Origin: Tubulanus polymorphus
Taxonomy: Eukaryota; Animalia; Nemertea
Assembly (NCBI RefSeq): GCF_964204645.1
Contig: NC_134026.1
Location: 9,571,950-9,635,949 of the forward strand
Reading direction: 5' to 3'
Length of the DNA: 64,000 bases
Below the pieces are notes generated by a model. The model searched no databases. It saw only the letters and a list, made by a program, of their open reading frames with translations, and had not been told where the DNA came from. Position numbers and translations under genes: made by a program. Below, piece by piece: positions 12,701-24,956 of the stretch (positions are counted from its first letter, which is position 1; every line of letters begins with the position of its first letter).

Positions 12701-15700
12701 TAAAGACTACTAAGTCATCTGCCACTGGATGTGTATTGCCTTGATTGAGTTTCCTAAGTTTAATCCTTCGATTAGCAACACACGAAACAGTATTGTTCCA
12801 ATGGGCCCGATAAACTACTTCGAAATCTCTTCCCTCTTCTTGCATAATTTTGTCTCCTTCAAAAATCCCCATGCTCATTTTGAGGACAATGCAATGTTTG
12901 ATGTAAATCCCCAAATTTATTGCCACACTCGGGGAATCTTTTTCCAAAGCTAACTTCTTAACACATTTGACTATCTGATGGAAATGTGGCCCTCTCAGGT
13001 ACGAGGAAAGCGATATCCAGTTTTCTTCGCCATTGTTCTCATTCAGGGCTTTCAGTAGCATACCGAGTAAACGGACCTTTGTTCTCAAGTTTGCTAGGTC
13101 TTTTCGGCGCTGCTCCTTTGCAGTGCCTAAACGCGAGTACAATGACAAAGCAAATTCACCAATTAATTCGTCTTTTTCGCAAATGCCAGGAATGCCAGGG
13201 TTTGCAACTGTTTCTCGCATTCTGCTGAATATCAAGTTTAATGCAACCGTATCCTCATCGATTCTTGGTACAAATGGTGATAGCATGTTTCGAGAGGTTC
13301 TTATGTAATTGATGTCTGGTTGTTTTGCCATTGGTTTGAAGTGGCAACGTGTCGCATGCTCGGAAAGGCATCCCTTGTAGAAAAAACCCTTACAAAATTC
13401 GCATGGTACGTAGTCCACTGCATTTGGTGGTTTATCCGTTTTATTGGGTCTACGGACAACGACCAACGTACCATGTCCTTCTTTTATCACTTTACAATTG
13501 TGCCGAAAGTTTCCTTCATTCTGAAGTAAGCGCATATGTTTTTTTTTTTCATTTGGATCGCGTATCAGATGGTACTTTATAATTTCTGGTTCAGACGCGT
13601 GAATACTGCACAAATGCGAGGATATTTTCGAAGTAAACACACGCTTACAATACAAACAATAATCTGCCTTTCGGTAGTCCCGCTTGCCATCTACTGACTG
13701 GTATGTCGGAACAGTAACATGTTTCAAATGAGCCGACAGTCTTGACAGATAATCTCCAAAGTCTTCTTCCTCAATATCGTTATCATTTGGATCAATTTCA
13801 TGGAGATTATCATCATCACTATCACATAGATCGTCATCAGGAATGTAATCATCTTCAGAATCTGATATACATTTTCTTTTTTTCCGCTTTTTTGGAATGT
13901 CAACATCAATTGACTGATCTTCAGAGTCAGATGAGTCAATTTGCCTTTTTTTCTTTATAATTGCATCCTGTTGTGAAGAGGTTCCAGCTTTCGGTTCAAA
14001 TACATCTTTTGGCAGTAAAGGGGCAAAATGATCCGGATTCCAGTGTCCAGGTTTAAGTTCTGAATGTGTAGTCCACATTACGAGTAAAGGTGCTTGCCTC
14101 AATGTGCCAGTCAAATTTTTTCTTGGATTTAATATATGGTTCATTATAGGCACACGATTATCCAATAACCCATTAACCGAGGGGTATACTGATCTTATCC
14201 TCCTATCAATAACTGTTGCGAGTGCCTGTATTGTCAGCATCGAAGAATAACTGTTGTGTATTGCACAAGCAATACATGCATCTGCGAAGGATGGTGAAAT
14301 CAAATCGAATCCAAATTCGATACTTCGAGTTTGATAGAAGTCAGAATTCTCAACCATTTCGATACAAGTGCGAACACGAAGTTCAGTTGCTAGATCTTCA
14401 CACCCACAAAGACCGACTGATACTGCATTGAACAAACAGTTACCATCACCAGATACATCTGCAGGCATGAGCACCCCATTTACCATATCACCACATTTCT
14501 GCATAATTTCTAATGACCTGCCATGTACCATCAGTTTTCTGTCCAAACACTTATACTCAAGTTCCCGTATCCTACTTGCAAAATAGCCAACAGTAGTTTT
14601 CAGATTCTCATAGCTTTTCTGTGCACTCAGAGTGAGCATCTTCAGAATGTTTGAGTAATCAATAGTGGTAGTAGCTGAAGATAAAATAAAAGACATCTAT
14701 CAAGTGTTAATGAATACCTAGGAAACTACCACCAAAATTTAACATGTTTGGTGTTGCAGATCTATTCTTATGAATTTAAATCAAATCTGGTAGACCTAGC
14801 CATTTTACATGTACCCAATTCAATACAATCAAAAGTCAATTTTCCGGCTTCTCAATAAAAATCTTGTCAAAGTTGTATCTAAATCCAATATCTAAAAAAC
14901 AAATATCCTACTGAACTGAATTTTTGACTTTTTGACCTCGTAGAAACTGTTGAATTAATATTCACATACATTGATAACATCTTTGCGTTATTTCATGTTA
15001 TTTTTGAAGGCATCATTGGACTACAAGTTTTTATCACTCTAACCTCTGTCTAACAATACTTCAATGTTCAATTCCTGCTGGTGCGAATACACAAACTATT
15101 TTCCATGAAAATCAATGAAATGACAGAAAATTTCATGTGCTTTTTCACTTTGCAATAGATAATAGGTACAAAACTGAATGGTTCCAAAGTAAATTTCAAA
15201 TTTCCAAAGTAAATTTCAATGTTCAAATTAATCCTAGTGGGGAGAACAATATCGGATAATTTCTATTCAACAAAACAAATTCAACATAAATAACAACAAC
15301 ATAAATAACAAGTTAAAATTGTTGGTACCCTCCTTAAAAAAAAAACCATTCCAACCATGAGCGAGGACTGGTGAGACTAAGATGACTCAAAATTTGCCTG
15401 ATCCAAACATATCTAAAGATCTAGAAATTGAGACTACAGATTACAGAGACTACTACAGAGACTACGCCATTTTCCTCTGATTGATCCAATTTTTCCAGTA
15501 GTAATAGGCTCTGGGCAGAGATACATATATTATATATACCAAACATCAAACAAGTTCTCCATGAAAACTTTTGTTGAACAAATGCTGTTGGTCACATATC
15601 TTGAATCTGATAAGACCAGTTTTTGAGCTGCAGTTGTCTCAAAAGTACTAGATACATGTATTAAGACAATCCTTTAAAATATCTCCAAAGCTTCCTAAAA

Positions 15701-18700
15701 TGCTTTGATTCTACCTATGGATGGACAATTGACACTAGAACGCAATATGCCTAATACAACTTTAGAACAAGATTTTTCAGTTAATGTGTAAGATTTTTCA
15801 GTTAATATGCACCTTTTTAAGGTAGATAAGATCATAACGTTCACTTACCGCAGGTTCCCTCCTTGTTTTCATAAAAAAATGGTAATTCTTCATCGCTATC
15901 ATAGTCATGTGGCAGAAAACCTAAATAGATTAGTTTCAATTATTTCAATTATCCATACTGGCATAATTTTTCGGCATTGACCCTCCCCCTTAGTATCTAC
16001 GTGTTAATGACACAAGCTATGCTCAACACTTTCAACGACCGAAGGATATTTTTTATGAAATAGGGAGTGTAAAGTAATATGGATTGCAATTTATTTTTAT
16101 ATCACAGTTTTTGATGCATTTTAGGACATGTCTTGTCCACAAAGTATGTGCTCCTTGAAAGACAAAAGTTCGTACAATGTGCTCTAATCCCCACCCACAA
16201 AAGAAGGGAAACCACTTTTACATGATTTCACTCTCTGAAGACCGATTGCATTTTGACTTTCTTCTCGCAAGGCATTATCTTGCAAGTCGATCGTTTTCCT
16301 TACACTCACAAAATATGAATGTTTAGGATGAACAAAAACCAGGTTTAAAGGTATAGTACACTTCAAATGTAACGTACTTATTATAGCTTGAGATATCGAA
16401 GATTCAAGTAATTCCTCGCCATCTGAAAATTCTAAAAGTAGAGAAAAGCCAAAACATCTCAAAAACTATTTGAAGAAAATATATATTTCAATTATCAGTG
16501 GGTAAGTAGTGTTAGCTAGTCCAATTTTGGGAATAAAACAAATTCCAAAGATAACTATATTGGCAGCTCATTGATGTTCAATCATTCAAATAGCTGATTA
16601 TTGGAAATGTGCATCTTGTGAATAATAAAGCTATGTAACTATCAGTAACTGCATAAATACGGTAGATATCATCGATACAGCTATTAAATTGTGAACAACT
16701 ATAACTGCTTATGCAAACAAGTGTTATCTTACCAGAACAGGTGGATTCAGAATCATTGTCAACATCACCAGAAGGGCCACATGTCAATGCATCATCTTGA
16801 AAAATAAATGATATGGTGACAATTATTGCTGCATGTTACAAGTTAAAGAATTATGCAATACGTTAATTTACCAGAGCAGGTAAATTCAGAAACTTTCTTT
16901 ATATCATCACATCAATACATTATCTTGAAAATCAAATGACAGATATAATGATACAGCAACCTGACAATTATTGCAACATAACATAAGTAAAGCATGCAAT
17001 GGTGATATAATGTATTAGATTATAATGTAACATAGAATTGTGATGCATAAAATTGTTCAAATTCTTCATGAACAGGAAAGGTCTATTTCAACTTGTTTGA
17101 AAAGGATATTGGGTTTGGGATAGTGTCCTGATATGGGATTTATATGCTGAATGTAGAATTGTAAGATATGCATAGGTAGTAAAATCACTTCATCATTAGG
17201 CAGTATCCAGATATTGTGGGTTTTATATGCCACCTAACTGAATGTAGAATTGTAGGACATATATGAATAGTAAAATCACTTCATCATTAGAGAGTGTCCC
17301 AATATGAAGGGTTTTATATGCCACCTAACTGAATGTAGAATTGTAGGACATATATAGACAGTAAAATCACTTCACAATTAGGTAGTGACCAGATATGATG
17401 GGTTATATATACTACTTAACCAAGTACAGAATTGTAGGACATACATAAATAGTAAAATTATTTAATGATTAGATAGTGTCCTGATGTGAATGGTTTTATA
17501 TGCCACTTAAGTAAATGGAGAATTGTAGGACATATGGTGAATCTTTTCTCATTAAGGTAGGATAGGTTTTATATGCCCCTTTACTAAATATAGAACTTTT
17601 AACACATATGAATAGAGAAATAGAGTTTATTTACCAGAAACTGTGAATTCAGAAATTTTCTTTTCACCAGAACACTCACGAATCAATGAAATATCTGTAA
17701 AATAAAATGACAGATACAATGATACAGCAACCTGTTGACCACTATTACTGCATTATACAAGCTAAAAAGTTACATAATGAGTAAACTTACCAGAACACGT
17801 GAATTCAGAAACTTGTTTTGAATCATCACTGGAACATTTACTCGTCAATACATTATCTAGAAAATCAAATGACGGATACAATGATACAGCAACCTGTTGA
17901 CCACTATTACTGCATTATACAAGCTAAAAAGTTACATAATGAGTAAACTTACCAGAACACGTGAATTCAGAAACTTGTTTTGAATCATCACTGGAACATT
18001 TACTCGTCAATTCATTATCTAGAAAATCTAATGACGGATACAATGATACAGCAACCTGATGACCACTTTTACTGCATTATTCAAGCTAAAACGTTACATA
18101 ATGAGTAAACTTACCAGAACACGTGAATTCAGAAACTTGTTTTGAATCATCACTGGAACATTTACTCGTCAATACATTATCTAGAAAATCAAATGACGGA
18201 TACAATGATACAGCAACCTGCTGACCACTATTACTGCATTATACAAGCTAAAAAGTTACATAATGAGTAAACTTACCAGAACACGTGAATTCAGAAACTT
18301 GTTTTGAATCATCACTGGAACATTTACTCGTCAATACATTATCTAGAAAATCAAATGACGGATACAATGATACAGCAACCTGTTGACCACTATTACTGCA
18401 TTATACAAGCTAAAAAGTTACATAATGAGTAAACTTACCAGAACACGTGAATTCAGAAACTTGTTTTGAATCATCACTGGAACATTTACTCGTCAATTCA
18501 TTATCTAGAAAATCTAATGACGGATACAATGATACAGCAACCTGTTGACCACTTTTACTGCATTATTCAAGCTAAAACGTTACATAATGAGTAAACTTAC
18601 CAGAACACGTGAATTCAGAAACTTGTTTTGAATCATCACTGGAACATTTACTCGTCAATACATTATCTAGAAAATCAAATGACGGATACAATGATACAGC

Positions 18701-21700
18701 AACCTGCTGACCACTATTACTGCATTATACAAGCTAAAAAGTTACATAATGAGTAAACTTACCAGAACACGTGAATTCAGAAACTTGTTTTGAATCATCA
18801 CTGGAACATTTACTCGTCAATACATTATCTAGAAAATCAAATGACGGATACAATGATACAGCAACCTGCTGACCACTATTACTGCATTATACAAGCTAAA
18901 AAGTTACATAATGAGTAAACTTACCAGAACACGTGAATTCAGAAACTTGTTTTGAATCATCACTGGAACATTTACTCGTCAATACATTATCTAGAAAATC
19001 AAATGACGGATACAATGATACAGCAACCTGTTGACCACTATTACTGCATTATACAAGCTAAAACGTTACATAATGAGTAAACTTACCAGAACACGTGAAT
19101 TCAGAAACTTGTTTTGAATCATCACTGGAACATTTACTCGTCAATACATTATCTAGAAAATCAAATGACGGATACAATGATACAGCAACCTGTTGACCAC
19201 TATTACTGCATTATACAAGCTAAAAAGTTACATAATGAGTAAACTTACCAGAACACGTGAATTCAGAAACTTGTTTTGAATCATCACTGGAACATTTACT
19301 CGTCAATACATTATCTAGAAAATCAAATGACGGATACAATGATACAGCAACCTGTTGACCACTATTACTGCATTATACAAGCTAAAAAGTTACATAATGA
19401 GTAAACTTACCAGAACACGTGAATTCAGAAACTTGTTTTGAATCATCACTGGAACATTTACTCGTCAATACATTATCTAGAAAATCAAATGACGGATACA
19501 ATGATACAGCAACCTGTTGACCACTATTACTGCATTATACAAGCTAAAAATTTACATAATGAGTAAACTTACCAGAACACGTGAATTCAGAAACTTGTTT
19601 TGAATCATCACTGGAACATTTACTCGTCAATACATTATCTAGAAAATCAAATGACAGATACAATGATACAGCAATCTGCTGCCAATTATTACTGCATTAT
19701 ACAAGCTTAAGTTATTTCATGAGTTTACTTACCAGAACAAGAATCATGATTTTTTTTTTCACCAGATTTGTGTTGACGAAAAGACTTGGAAGTCAATACA
19801 TTATCTTGAAAATGAAATTACAGGGTGTTAATACAATACCTAGAGTAGGTAATTTCCCAAAATATAGGCTTACATGTTGCCAGTAGACCATCTTGAATGT
19901 GATCCATGAAAATTACATGGTTTTATATCAACCTCATTTTGAGTGTGTCAAGAGAAAGTAAAAAATCGACAAAACATGTATGCCTGGTTACTGTCTTTTT
20001 TCCAATCCTACCGTTCAATTTGTAGGGAAAGAAATCAAATTACCTGCCAAGGGTAGAAATAGGAAAATTGCAAGGCGGGTTCAAAAAGTAAATACGAGGC
20101 ATTTTCGGTTAAAGCAGCCATATCAAATTCGTTAAGGGGGGTCCCTCCATCTAGGGTTAGATACACTTTTGAATAAATCAACCCTTAAAGATGAAATTTC
20201 TGAGATGTTAAATTTATAGGTTTAAGTTATCTCTGTACGAAGGGCAACTTCAAAGGGAAGGCACGAGTCTAGACCTTCGAGACCACCCGCTTGATACGCC
20301 CCTGCATGCATTTCAAAGATCATGTTTACTTCATGAGAATGGATTATTTCTAACATAAATAATAACCAATTTCATTGATGTTAAAAATATATTTTTATCA
20401 AACGATACATACTTAGACCATCAGGAAATTATAGCACTGTATAGTATTCACCTTAAAACAAAACATTTATCATGGTGGGTGGCCAATAGGACTGAACCTA
20501 AGTTTTTTTACACAAAGAATACATGCTTAACATTGCTCATTATCTAAAATATGCATTATGAGATAATTCAATGAAACAAAAGGGAACCATAAAAATTGAA
20601 AAGCATACAACAGATATATATATATAGAATATATATAAGGTTAGAATATATATAAGGTTAGGCCTATCACATGCAAAATGATTCAAATTCGTCTATTTCT
20701 GCTGTTCTGGTGGACGGCTCAACAAAGTATACCGGTAAATGTATAAACTGAGTTTATGGACATACAAATCTTATAGAGAAAAAGAGCAACATTTCTGAGG
20801 GGTGGATGCAAGCTGGATTTATATGTGCATAATAAAAGGCATAATTCAACTACCCGCCCTTGGTTGTGTTCCAACCTAATGCTTCTAAGCCAATACTGTA
20901 TCATTCACTTATACAAATTGGGTAATGATAGTTTATGGTCGTTGGTGTATCAAAATGAATCATCTACCATCATAGGGCATACCTATAAGAAGCAAGTTGC
21001 ATCTAACATAACCTATCTTATCTTCAAAGTCCAATGATATTTATTAACCGCAGAATTAACACATATTCCTGATAGACACCCTCAATTCAGATTCATGCAC
21101 AGTTATCACACACAGTACATGAAGAAAATCTCATGGCGCAAATGTAGCCTGTATACAGCAAGTTTTTATGTAAGCCATGAAATGCAAGGCAAATCTGAAA
21201 TTTACATTTGAATATGATAGACTCATTTTGCTTTTATTCTCCATGCTTAAACCAAATTCCATCTACATAGGCCTAATGACAATCGCAAGCTTCAGCATGC
21301 TGGGTGTACTTTGCAAGTTTGACTCAATCTAGAAAATTTTAATCCCAACAGGTTAACAAGCTTACCTGAGGCATTAAGTTCTTTTTTGTTAGAAGCCTAT
21401 TTATATGTTGAATACAAAAATAATTTTCCAGAATGGCATAATGGAAGCAGTGAAGAAATCAGCAAATAAGCAAATGTAGCTCATTCATGCAGCACAGAAA
21501 TACAATATGGTACCCAAATGCATCAGTAGAAACAAAGATACTACACGGCGTATCTATAGTACAATGATTAGTTGTAGAGGAACTTTTATCGTGATTAAGA
21601 AATTGATCAGTCGATGTTCTTAGGATCAGTACATACACACAGAGAAGGGTGAGGGGGTTTGAAAATTTGTATTAAAATGTCTATGGTTGTGTATGGGAGG

Positions 21701-24700
21701 GGGTTTGCATTTATAAACTGCTGTATGCACCATACTCCATGTAGTATGATCATTGATGTTGGACCATCGTAACTCATAACCAAAGTTTAATTTTTTCAAC
21801 ACCAGCATAAATCATTTACTGATAATTCATTAATAAAGACAAGCGTTACGAATCATAAACTGCTTTCTTCTCGGGACCCGCTGTCAAGGATAATTGGAGA
21901 TATTGAGGTTATGTTCACGATACTTTTTTTTCAATTGACAACTTCAGTCGTCATTCTGATAAAAATTACAAGCTTTGAACTTAGGGCTAATTCTTTGATG
22001 CACAAATGCTTGCATTAGAGGTTGTTACTATAAGGCACTAAAGCGTATACAAAAAGTATGGATGTATGGTGAAGGGGAGGGTAAGGTTCTAACTGAATGA
22101 GAGCTTCGCTGCAACAAAATTGGATGAAAATAAATCATCATAATTTACCTGTCTCCACCAATAATCAGTCACCCCGTAATCATACCGCAATTCTGTTTTG
22201 GGGGGTATGTCCTTAATAGCAAAAAATGCAATATGGGGCCTTCCTTCAGATATGACGGTTTTGGCTTTACAGTTTTCTTTGCCACCCCACCCATCATTGA
22301 TGAGCCGTCCCAAACTACCATCATCAATTGAGGCATCAATGCTGAAATGGTAAAAGTCATATTTAGAGTATTCAATTAGGCCTAATATACTTTAAGAAGA
22401 TGGGTGGTATCAAATTATGATACAGGCCTACAGGTAACAGTTAGGCTTTGAATGACTTATTTTAGTTAAAGTGTAAACTAAGTAGCCTGATGGGCAATAT
22501 CTGGTTAGAAAATCAATAGACCTACATACCACAGAGAACTGAACTTTTTGTCTTGAAATTCAAAGACATATGTATCGTCATCCCCGATTTCCTTCACATC
22601 ACGGAGTAGCCCACGATATTCCACCAAAAAATCCCCTCTACAAACTGCTTTCTTTGTGAATAATCCATATCCTTAATCAGAAAAAAGTATTATCTTTGAT
22701 TAAAAACCATTCCTTCAGGTCCTACATTAAAACCTAGGGTCCAGGGACACCATGCCCAGATGAGAAAAGGTTTGAAATGCTCAACCATCTGGAAATGTTA
22801 ATATTCAACGTCTGGTGAACTACAGAAACCATGACATAAATTTTGCATTGATTGTTTATTTATGTCTTTACTATGTATTGTGGTAACAAAATATGCCAAT
22901 GTATTAATAGGTATGATATGGAAATACTCAGTTTCTGCTATTAAGTCAAGGAAGCTACCGATATAGGTTTTTGAGGATTTCAGACTGAGATTTTTGAGCT
23001 ATATGGGCACCAAAAAGGTCACAGGACGGACTTCTTGTGTCTGATCAACTCAATTGTTTTAATGCTGATGGGCCCCTAGGCATTAAAAATATTATTTGAA
23101 AGATCAAGATAATTGAAGCGTCTTAAAAGATTTCCCTTGAAAACATCAAAATCTGTAAAAATGCTGATTTCGGCAAACAGAAATCTGCCATCTTGATTCT
23201 GACAGGACCAGTCTTTGGGCTGTAGGTGTTTCAGGGTAATATATGTATAAACCAAACATCAATCCATGTGTTTTCTAAACTTCCCAAAATAACTGGATTC
23301 TGTCTACGGACTGACACAACAGATATTCTATAAAAAAGTGGATATCATACAGATGCAGCAGTAATTTAGTAAACTAGTGGTCCAGGGACACCACGCCCAC
23401 TTGGGAAGTGGTTAGAAATGCTTAACAAACGGAATATTCAACGCCCCCTGGTGAACATATTAAGAAAGCAATGACCTTACAACTCACCACAATCAATGAT
23501 GGAACATGTCATGAGCTACAATTTTGTAATTGATTGTGGTTACAAAATATCCTTAGAGACCAATACAATATGAAAATACTAATATAATATAATAAAAGTT
23601 ATTTAGCTCTTCAATGCCCCTGGTGGCCTAGGGCCGATTCTTTTATGCAGTACGGATAATCCGGACGCTCCATTTCCATTCTTTTATTGATCAGGTGACT
23701 ATTTCTGGAGAGTTCGGAGAGTCCATTCTCTCCAATCTGTCGACCGGTGTGATTGCGGAGAGACCACGTGACAAAATGGCGACGCATGAATTTTGCCTCC
23801 TAAAACTCAGAAAAGTTACGGAAGCCGCCATTTTGATTCTCAACAACTATTCCATTATGCACAAATCAGGATATTCAATCCGGAGAATACGGACTGCATA
23901 AAAGAATCGGCCCCATAATCATAGAATATGTCACAAGATACAATTTTGCCATTCATTGTGGTTACCATACCAATGACCTTGAAACTCATACAAAATATCA
24001 ATAGGTACCAATTCTGTAATTCTGTATGTAATTCTATATTCAACTCTCCCTGGTGGTGAGAACAAAAACCCGGGTAACCCCAATTCCACGTGAGGAGATG
24101 AATACTATGACAGCGATACTATAGGCCTATATCAAATATCAAGACTATAAGTCAAAACTTGTCCATAGTTTCCTTCAAAAACCTTTTTCTGAGGACTGAT
24201 GACACGAAGATGGTCACTGATTGCATCACGCTTGACTGATCAAAGTATCTGTCTGATAGGCCTGTGTAAGAGCCCTTCTCATAGTATAACCAGATCTCGG
24301 AATTCAGGCCAAAAATGACCTTGGGCATAAAAAAGGTCACATGATGGCCATGTTAAGTCTGATCTACACAATTTTTCTTATGCTGATGCACCGGGGATAC
24401 AAACAGATGTGAATGATCAAGATAATTGATCAAAGGGTTTCAAAATTTCCCTTAATAACATCAAAAATATGTAAAAAGTGCTGATTTTGCTGAACAACAA
24501 TGGCAACCAGTCGGCCATCTTGATTCTGATCAGGCCAGTTTTCGGGCAGAAGATGTATCTAGATACATGTAAAAACTAAAGATCAAGACAATCCATTGAA
24601 GCGACTTCAAAACTTCCCAAAAGAACTTGATTCCGTCTATGGACAAACGGACGACAGATGAAAAGTGAACGCAATAGTCCACTGGGACTTAAGTCCCAAG

Positions 24701-24956
24701 TGGGCTAAAGATTATGTTGTCCTCATTATATATCAAAAACACTTCTCGGCCTATAGGCCTCATTAGGTTAAGGATAGGGTTGGGGTCTAGAAGGTCAGGA
24801 GGGTTAGGGTTTGATAGGGTTAAAACATTCCATTTAGGTATAATTTAGCCTACCTATTTCGCTATTGACAACTTTTTTTTCGAATGCCTCTTCTGGATCT
24901 TTGCCAAATTTAATAAATTCAAGAGCCACCTGACTTGGTGTCATGCGTCTCGGCAT
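9758..24956 (-). CDS. Multi-exon SET - OTU (vertnin-like) - zinc finger - tyrosine recombinase - Myb/SANT-like polyprotein, roughly 1500 aa, apparently intact
   Basis: Exons 24854-24956 (MPRRMTPSQVAL), ~22530-22671 (GYGLFTKKAVCRGDFLVEYRG), ~22149-22342 (IDAS..GRLIND..ELRYDYG), micro-exons ~21366-21396 to ~15849-15920, 12466-14674 (GDGNCLF..PDHFAPL; YCLYC..HLCSIH; VLFNRRRISEV), 12241-12378 (IEIRGK), 11439-11568 (IRSTKLRSFFAT), 10355-10550 (ADHMGHDVKIHADVY), 10111-10248 (acidic), 9758-9966 (RAPWTKGE..RTLPQVRTRLHN). The splice phases I checked are compatible and I found no stops. Confidence 0.85.
10800..11175 (-). repeat. Inverted, degenerate copies of the 91-bp satellite in an intron
   Basis: actgaatgtagaattgt(a/g)ggacata and gtcctgatatgatgggttt are reverse complements of the 27180-30080 unit. 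Confidence 0.7.
17115..17600 (-). repeat. Inverted copies of the 91-bp satellite in an intron
   Basis: About 5 units of gaatgtagaattgtaggacata...agtaaaatcacttca. Confidence 0.75.
17695..19810 (-). repeat. 162-bp tandem array, 12 near-identical units, each holding a 66-nt phase-1/phase-1 exon
   Basis: cagaacacgtgaattc every 162 bp from 17791 to 19573; minus strand ttttctag|AT AAT GTA...TGT TCT G|gtaagt encodes DNVLTSKCSSDDSKQVSEFTCS. Confidence 0.9.
22735..24710. repeat. Fragments of a non-autonomous Helentron/HINE-like interspersed repeat in a SET-domain intron
   Basis: Repeated ggtccagggacacca(t/c)gccca, gccatcttgattctga, caagataattga and a terminal agtcccaagtgggctaaa shared with 790-998. 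Confidence 0.45.
23631..23913. mobile_element. MITE with GGGCCGATTCTTTTATGCAGT terminal inverted repeats (PIF/Harbinger-like ends)
   Basis: gggccgattcttttatgcagt at 23631 and actgcataaaagaatcggccc ending at 23913. Confidence 0.75.

Noticed and set aside
12729-14586. Short plus-strand ORFs opposite the large exon
   Set aside because: Antisense shadows of the 744-aa coding exon
12462-14696. Naming the gene VRTN or SETD8
   Set aside because: Only single domains resemble those genes; overall architecture and context indicate a mobile element
17695-19810. Regular repeat array as a CRISPR
   Set aside because: Whole 162-bp units are near-identical with no unique spacers; eukaryotic context and no cas genes
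24765-24822. Interstitial telomere (TTAGGG-like)
   Set aside because: Only one exact hexamer in a degenerate G-rich patch
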